Assembly (NCBI GenBank): GCA_963978095.1
Contig: CAXBQP010000010.1
Coordinates: forward strand, 1-61,597
Direction: 5' to 3'
Length of the DNA stretch: 61,597 bases
From: an uncultured bacterium
GTDB taxonomy: Bacteria > Gemmatimonadota > Gemmatimonadetes > Gemmatimonadales > Gemmatimonadaceae
Position 1 is the stretch's first letter, and every line of letters begins with the position of its first letter. This document shows positions 57,061 through 61,597 of this stretch, one piece after another. The notes under the pieces are model-generated. The model was not told where the DNA came from, ran no database searches, and worked only from the letters and a program-made list of their open reading frames with translations. The position numbers and the translations under genes are program-made.

Positions 57061-57740
57061 CGGAGCAGACGCCGATCAAGGTGCTGGTGGTGGACGACCA
57101 CAGCGTGGTCCGCGAAGGGATCCGCCACGTGCTGGATGATGGCGTGCGTTTCGTGGTCGTCGGTGAGGCGTCGAGCGGCGTCGAGGCGGTGCGGGCGGCG
57201 GAGGAGCTGCAGCCGGATGTCGTCGTACTGGACATCTCCATGCCCGGCGGATCCGGGCTGCACGCGGTGAGTGCGTTGCTGTCGCGCATGCCCGGCGTGC
57301 GCATTCTGATGCTGTCGGTCCACGACGACCTCGAATACATCCTCGAGAGCGTGCGCGCCGGCGCCCACGGCTACCTGCGGAAGGACTCGACGCCGGCGGA
57401 GTTGCGCGACGCCGTCACCACCGTGCGGAGCGGGAACGCCTGGTTCTCACCGCAGGTCGCGCGTCAGTTGGCCGAAGCGTTGCGCGGCGGGGTGAAATCC
57501 GCAGAGATGGAACCGGATCGTGGCGCCAAGGCCCCGCATGCGCTCGAGGTACTCACGAGTCGCGAACGCGAGATCCTGATCCATATCGCGGAAGGGAAGA
57601 CGAACAAGGAGATCGGCGCGGCGCTCGGCATCAGCACGCGAACGGTTGAGACGCACCGGGATTCCTTGATGCGCAAGATCGGCATTCGCACGGTCGCCGG
57701 CCTCACCCGCCTCGCGCTCGAGCAGGGACTGATCGGCTGA
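57057..57740 (+). CDS. NarL/LuxR-family response regulator
   Basis: VDDH, LDISMP, LTSREREIL, NKEIG, TVETHR. Confidence 0.93.
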   Translation: MTEQTPIKVLVVDDHSVVREGIRHVLDDGVRFVVVGEASSGVEAVRAAEELQPDVVVLDISMPGGSGLHAVSALLSRMPGVRILMLSVHDDLEYILESVRAGAHGYLRKDSTPAELRDAVTTVRSGNAWFSPQVARQLAEALRGGVKSAEMEPDRGAKAPHALEVLTSREREILIHIAEGKTNKEIGAALGISTRTVETHRDSLMRKIGIRTVAGLTRLALEQGLIG

Positions 57741-57747
57741 CGCGGCG

Positions 57748-57791
57748 TTGCCGGCTATATGCCGGCGATTTGCCGGCTATTTGTCGGCGGC
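57748..57791. repeat. 11-bp tandem repeat, about 4 imperfect copies
   Basis: TTGCCGGCTAT ATGCCGGCGAT TTGCCGGCTAT TTGTCGGCGGC. Confidence 0.6.
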
Positions 57792-58826
57792 GGCCCGCGC
57801 CTTCGCGGCGACCACGGGATCCAGTCCCTGGTCGAGTCGGCGCACGAACTCGGCGATCGTCCGCACGCTGCGGACGAAGAAGCCCTGTTCGATCTTGCCG
57901 AAGGTATCGCTCGGCTGATGGTAGTCCGGGTGATCCTCGACCCCGAAATAGACCCAGGGGATCCGCGCGGTGTGAAAGGGGCCTTGGTCCGACTGCTGCG
58001 TCCAGTTCTCCTGCCCCGTCCCGCTGTCGTGACCAAGCTTGAGGGTGACCGGCGCGGTGGCCGCGAGTGCATCCAGCAACGGACGCATCACCGGCCACGG
58101 CGTCGCACCGGCGGCCCAGAGCTCCCCCTTCGTGTTGCGTCCCACCATGTCCAAGTTCACGTTCGCCACCAGTTTGTCGAGTGCGACCGGCGAGCGCGTC
58201 ACGAACTCCTTGGAGCCCAGCAGCCCCTGCTCCTCGCCATCGAACAGCGCGATGATGACGGAGTTCTCCGGTGGGTGGTCCTTGAGCCAGCGGGCGATCC
58301 CCAAGACCGCAGCGGTGCCGGAGGCGTTGTCGTCGGCGCCGTGGTAGATCGCGCCGTTCTTGTTTCCGAGATGATCGTAGTGCGCCGACAGCACGATGTA
58401 GCGATCCGGGTACTTCGTGCCCTCGTGGAAACCCACCAGATTGGTTCCGGTGGAGGTTCCGCCGGCGCGTGCCGCCGTGAAGGCGAAGGTGAACCGCTGC
58501 GCGAACGGCGACAGATTGGCGGCGAGGAACTGGCGCAGGATGTACGCACGCGCACGGATGTTCCCGGCGGTCCCCAATCGGCGCCCGTCCATGGAATCGG
58601 CGGCGAGCGCGGCGAGGTCCGCGATCAACGGGAGCGAGTCGATGGCGGGGAAGCCGATCCCCTTGGCCGCGGCTCGGCTCTTGCCTTGCCCGGCCGCCGG
58701 CGGTGCCGTGGAGGACGACTGCGCACGCAGGACCAGACGGTCCGTGGGAACTGCCGGAGCGGCGGCAAGCGCGGTCATCAGCCCGAGCGACGGCAGGACC
58801 AGGGCGAGTCGACGAGAACGCGTCAT
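57777..58826 (-). CDS. Secreted M28 family metallopeptidase
   Basis: SAHYDHLG, GADDNASG, FDGEEQGLLGS, NLDM, SDQ, DYHQPSD. Confidence 0.92.
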   Translation of the reverse strand: MTRSRRLALVLPSLGLMTALAAAPAVPTDRLVLRAQSSSTAPPAAGQGKSRAAAKGIGFPAIDSLPLIADLAALAADSMDGRRLGTAGNIRARAYILRQFLAANLSPFAQRFTFAFTAARAGGTSTGTNLVGFHEGTKYPDRYIVLSAHYDHLGNKNGAIYHGADDNASGTAAVLGIARWLKDHPPENSVIIALFDGEEQGLLGSKEFVTRSPVALDKLVANVNLDMVGRNTKGELWAAGATPWPVMRPLLDALAATAPVTLKLGHDSGTGQENWTQQSDQGPFHTARIPWVYFGVEDHPDYHQPSDTFGKIEQGFFVRSVRTIAEFVRRLDQGLDPVVAAKARAAADK

Positions 58827-58877
58827 GCCGAACAATACGCACGACGGCGTGATTCGGCCAAATCGTGCTGGCATGCG

Positions 58878-60020
58878 CTACCGGAAGATGTGCGGCACGA
58901 AGCGCGAGGTGTTGTCCGTCACCCACCCATCCGATTCACGGATTCCCATCCCCGCCGCTGACTGCCCGATCATCCAGGAACCGATCACCGGACGACGGCC
59001 GTCGAAGAGGGGAATCGAGGCGAGTTCCTGGAAGATGAATCCCTCGGCCCCGTAGCTCCCCTTCCCTTCGATGTGGTCCTGCATCGTGTGGACCGTGACG
59101 TTCGCCCCTTCGCGCGAGAGCAGCGGTTTCTTCACCCACTCGAACATGTCACCCGGGTCATCGAAGTAGGCGGGGAGGAGGTACGGACTGTCCGGGTTGA
59201 GTTCCCACAGGATCGGGAGGATTCCCTTGTTCGAGAGGATCATCTTCCACGCCGGCTCGATCACCACCGATTCGGACGGCAGGACATGCGCGGCGAACGC
59301 CTCGCTCGCCATCCACTCCCACGGATAGAGCTTGAAGAGGGTGGTGATGCGCTCCTCGTCGAGATCCCGGAACTCGCGGGCCAGATCGTTCCACCCGATG
59401 TCGTCGATGGCGAGCATCTTCACCCGGTATCCCGCGAGTGCCGCCGTCTCGGCGATGTAGGCGGAGGTCATGGCGTCCTCCACATCGTCCATGGAGCTGA
59501 AATGGACGAGGTGCCCATCGGGGCCAGGGGCCGGCAGGTAGGGCTGGAACTCACGCCAGAGCGCGATGAGCGACTCGTGCAGGGCGTTGAACTGGTCCCA
59601 CTTCGGAAAACGGTCCTGCATCCAGTCCCACTGGATGACGGATGCCTCGAGCAAGCTGGTGGGCGTGTCCGCGTTGTACTCCAGCATCTTGGGCGGACTC
59701 ACGCCGTCGTAGGCGAGATCGAACCGGCCGTAGAGCGACGGTGGCTCGGCCTCCCAGCTCGATTCAATCAGGGGAATCGCGGTGGGGGGAATCCGCAGCT
59801 GGTCGTAGCGCTTTTCATCGATGACCACCTGCACGGCATTCAAGCAGAGCGCGTGGAGTTCGTTCGTGGCGCGTTCGATCTTCTCGATCTCGTCACCCGT
59901 GAACTCGTAGTGGACCCCCTCGTGCCAGTAGGGCTGCTCGTCGGCGGAGTGCCACACGAGCCCACGTGCCTCGACCCGCGCTTTCCAGTCGTCGCGTGCG
60001 GTGGTGACCTTGCGCTCCAC
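58878..60020 (-). CDS. Glutathionylspermidine synthase-like ATP-grasp ligase (YgiC-like)
   Basis: YGRFDL, LEYNADTPTSL, FKLYPWEW, EPAWKMILSNK, KKPLLSREGAN, GIRE, FVPH. Confidence 0.92.
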   Translation of the reverse strand: MERKVTTARDDWKARVEARGLVWHSADEQPYWHEGVHYEFTGDEIEKIERATNELHALCLNAVQVVIDEKRYDQLRIPPTAIPLIESSWEAEPPSLYGRFDLAYDGVSPPKMLEYNADTPTSLLEASVIQWDWMQDRFPKWDQFNALHESLIALWREFQPYLPAPGPDGHLVHFSSMDDVEDAMTSAYIAETAALAGYRVKMLAIDDIGWNDLAREFRDLDEERITTLFKLYPWEWMASEAFAAHVLPSESVVIEPAWKMILSNKGILPILWELNPDSPYLLPAYFDDPGDMFEWVKKPLLSREGANVTVHTMQDHIEGKGSYGAEGFIFQELASIPLFDGRRPVIGSWMIGQSAAGMGIRESDGWVTDNTSRFVPHIFR

Positions 60021-60022
60021 GC

Positions 60023-60400
60023 TCAGCCCCCGGAGCTGAAGCCGCTGCCCGCGGAGGCACGCGCCGCCCCCGAGGACCCGAAGCCCCCACGCGTCGTCGT
60101 GCCCCCGGCCGCACGGCTGCCGGCGAGCGACGGGCTGTAGCGACCCGCTTCCACGGGCATCACGCGCCCCCCGCGCGCCACATAGCCCGTGTAGGCGTTG
60201 TTGTAGAAGAAGAAGGGCTGCGCGTACACGTGCGGATACCACATTCCACCGTAGTAGTAACCGCGGTGCTCCACGGCATACTCACAGGCTGCCGCCGCGT
60301 AGTACTGCGGAAGGCACGGGTCAGGAGGCGTGGTCGCACCGCCGCAGGCGGCGGCGAATGCGGGAACGAGTGTCAGGACGATGGTCGAGGAACGCTTCAC
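60023..60400 (-). CDS. Small Tyr/Gly-rich lipoprotein (YgiB/DUF1190-like)
   Basis: GGAG RBS then GTG, lipobox AAAC, tail TTTRGGFGSSG; directly upstream of the ATP-grasp gene. Confidence 0.8.
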   Translation of the reverse strand: MKRSSTIVLTLVPAFAAACGGATTPPDPCLPQYYAAAACEYAVEHRGYYYGGMWYPHVYAQPFFFYNNAYTGYVARGGRVMPVEAGRYSPSLAGSRAAGGTTTRGGFGSSGAARASAGSGFSSGG

Positions 60401-60442
60401 GGCATGCTCCGGATGGGTGCTCACAGTACGCCCTTGAAGATA

Positions 60443-61597
60443 TCAAGGTTTCGTCTTGGCGAGCACCAAGAGGGCGGACCCGATTTCCCGCTCCCCCGTG
60501 GGATCGCTGGGCGTGTTGACGATCTTGCCGCGCACCACCATCGTCGTCGAGCCGCCACCGTCGAAGTTCATGGCGTGGGCGGCGCCGAGCTCGTGCATCA
60601 GGCCGGACAGTTCTTCCAAAGTGACGCCGACACTTTTCGCGCTTCGGCCGTCCACCGTCACGAGGTACAGCACACTGCTGTCGCGGCTGAACCCCACGGC
60701 GGTGCGCGGATGCCTGGCCTCGGCATTCCGTGAGATCGTCCCTTCATCCGCCGCCGCGCGGGAGGAGACATCCACGCCATCCCGCAGGATCCGCGGCCAG
60801 CCGCCGATCACGACATCCAACGGTGCCCGGGACTGCGTCGGTCCGACCCCCATCAGCACGCGGATCGTGTCGACATCAGCGAAGGCCGCGACTTCCTTGC
60901 TGCGCGGCCCGTAGCCGGCGAGCACGGCGCCCAGCGGCGGAATCAGCGAGCCGGAGTTCCCCACCGGTGCCCCGCGGCGCACGTACATCAGGGTATCGCC
61001 ACGATGCCCCGCTTCGATCAGGGCCAGCTCCGCGGTGGCGCGGCTCGTATCGCGCGGCGTGACGGTGCCAAAGCGCCACGTATAGAACGCCGTGCCCTCC
61101 GGCGTACCGCTCGGATTGCTGTTGAGGGTGAGGATCGGCAGGCGATGGCCCCCGCCCATCGCGACCCCTTCGAACACGAACCGGTCGATCAGCGGGGCGC
61201 CGCGCCCGTCGACGCCGAACTGGATGTGCGGGTTGCGGAAGGTGTCGTAGGGTGAATCGGTGACCTTCTGCCCTTTCCACCACTCGCCGGCCACGACCTG
61301 GTTGTTCTCGCTCTCGCCCGTCTTGAGGTTGAAGAAATCCGCGTTGACGGCCACGAGCACCTGCGCGCCCTTGGCCGTTCGGCGTTGGACGATCGAGGAC
61401 GTCGTCTCGCGGCCGGTGAGCGCGTCCTTGGCGCGACCGTGCTCGATGCTGACGCTCGCCGTGCGACGGTCGATCCGCACGACATTGATGATCAACGGCC
61501 CGGCGTTCCGCACGTAGCGTGCATGCTCCACCCCGGGGGCAATCGTCTGGCGCGCAACGGAGTCGGCCGCGAGCCGGGTCACCGCGCTCGCCGCGCG
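60443..61597 (-). CDS. Phosphodiester glycosidase (NAGPA-like) protein, 5' end beyond window edge
   Basis: AVNADFF, RHPRTAVG, VDGR, MNFDGGGST, NTPSD..GER. Confidence 0.88.
   Translation of the reverse strand, partial: RAASAVTRLAADSVARQTIAPGVEHARYVRNAGPLIINVVRIDRRTASVSIEHGRAKDALTGRETTSSIVQRRTAKGAQVLVAVNADFFNLKTGESENNQVVAGEWWKGQKVTDSPYDTFRNPHIQFGVDGRGAPLIDRFVFEGVAMGGGHRLPILTLNSNPSGTPEGTAFYTWRFGTVTPRDTSRATAELALIEAGHRGDTLMYVRRGAPVGNSGSLIPPLGAVLAGYGPRSKEVAAFADVDTIRVLMGVGPTQSRAPLDVVIGGWPRILRDGVDVSSRAAADEGTISRNAEARHPRTAVGFSRDSSVLYLVTVDGRSAKSVGVTLEELSGLMHELGAAHAMNFDGGGSTTMVVRGKIVNTPSDPTGEREIGSALLVLAKTKP

Overview
A GC-rich, densely coding bacterial chromosome segment, most likely from Gemmatimonadota (inferred from gene families and style, not from a search). 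Core genes are argF, xerC, trmFO, topA, aroK, aroC, arfB, hsp15 and infA. They are interspersed with many secreted or periplasmic hydrolases: an S9 peptidase, two paralogous zinc metalloproteases, M20, M28 and a NAGPA-like enzyme. A compact type IVa pilus locus runs pilS-pilR, a three-gene glycosylation-like cassette, two tandem near-identical pilins behind a sigma-54 promoter, pilV/W/X-like genes and pilMNOPQ. There is also a type I secretion-like ABC-HlyD-TolC operon whose only ATPase lacks the Walker A lysine. The best candidate for an undescribed system is 45048-51502: one stand-alone receiver gene followed by four paralogous 7TM sensor kinases. Together they show all four combinations of phospho-His present/absent and ATP-binding domain intact/degenerate, which suggests a heteromeric, trans-complementing receptor-kinase complex. 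The second candidate is a TMTC-like protein O-mannosyltransferase plus a polyprenol-phosphate glycosyltransferase beside Ser/Thr-rich pilins. Many genes carry a TAnnnT box 5-9 nt before the ATG, suggesting leaderless transcription. I found no tRNA, rRNA, CRISPR array, transposase or prophage. All calls come from motif recognition by eye.
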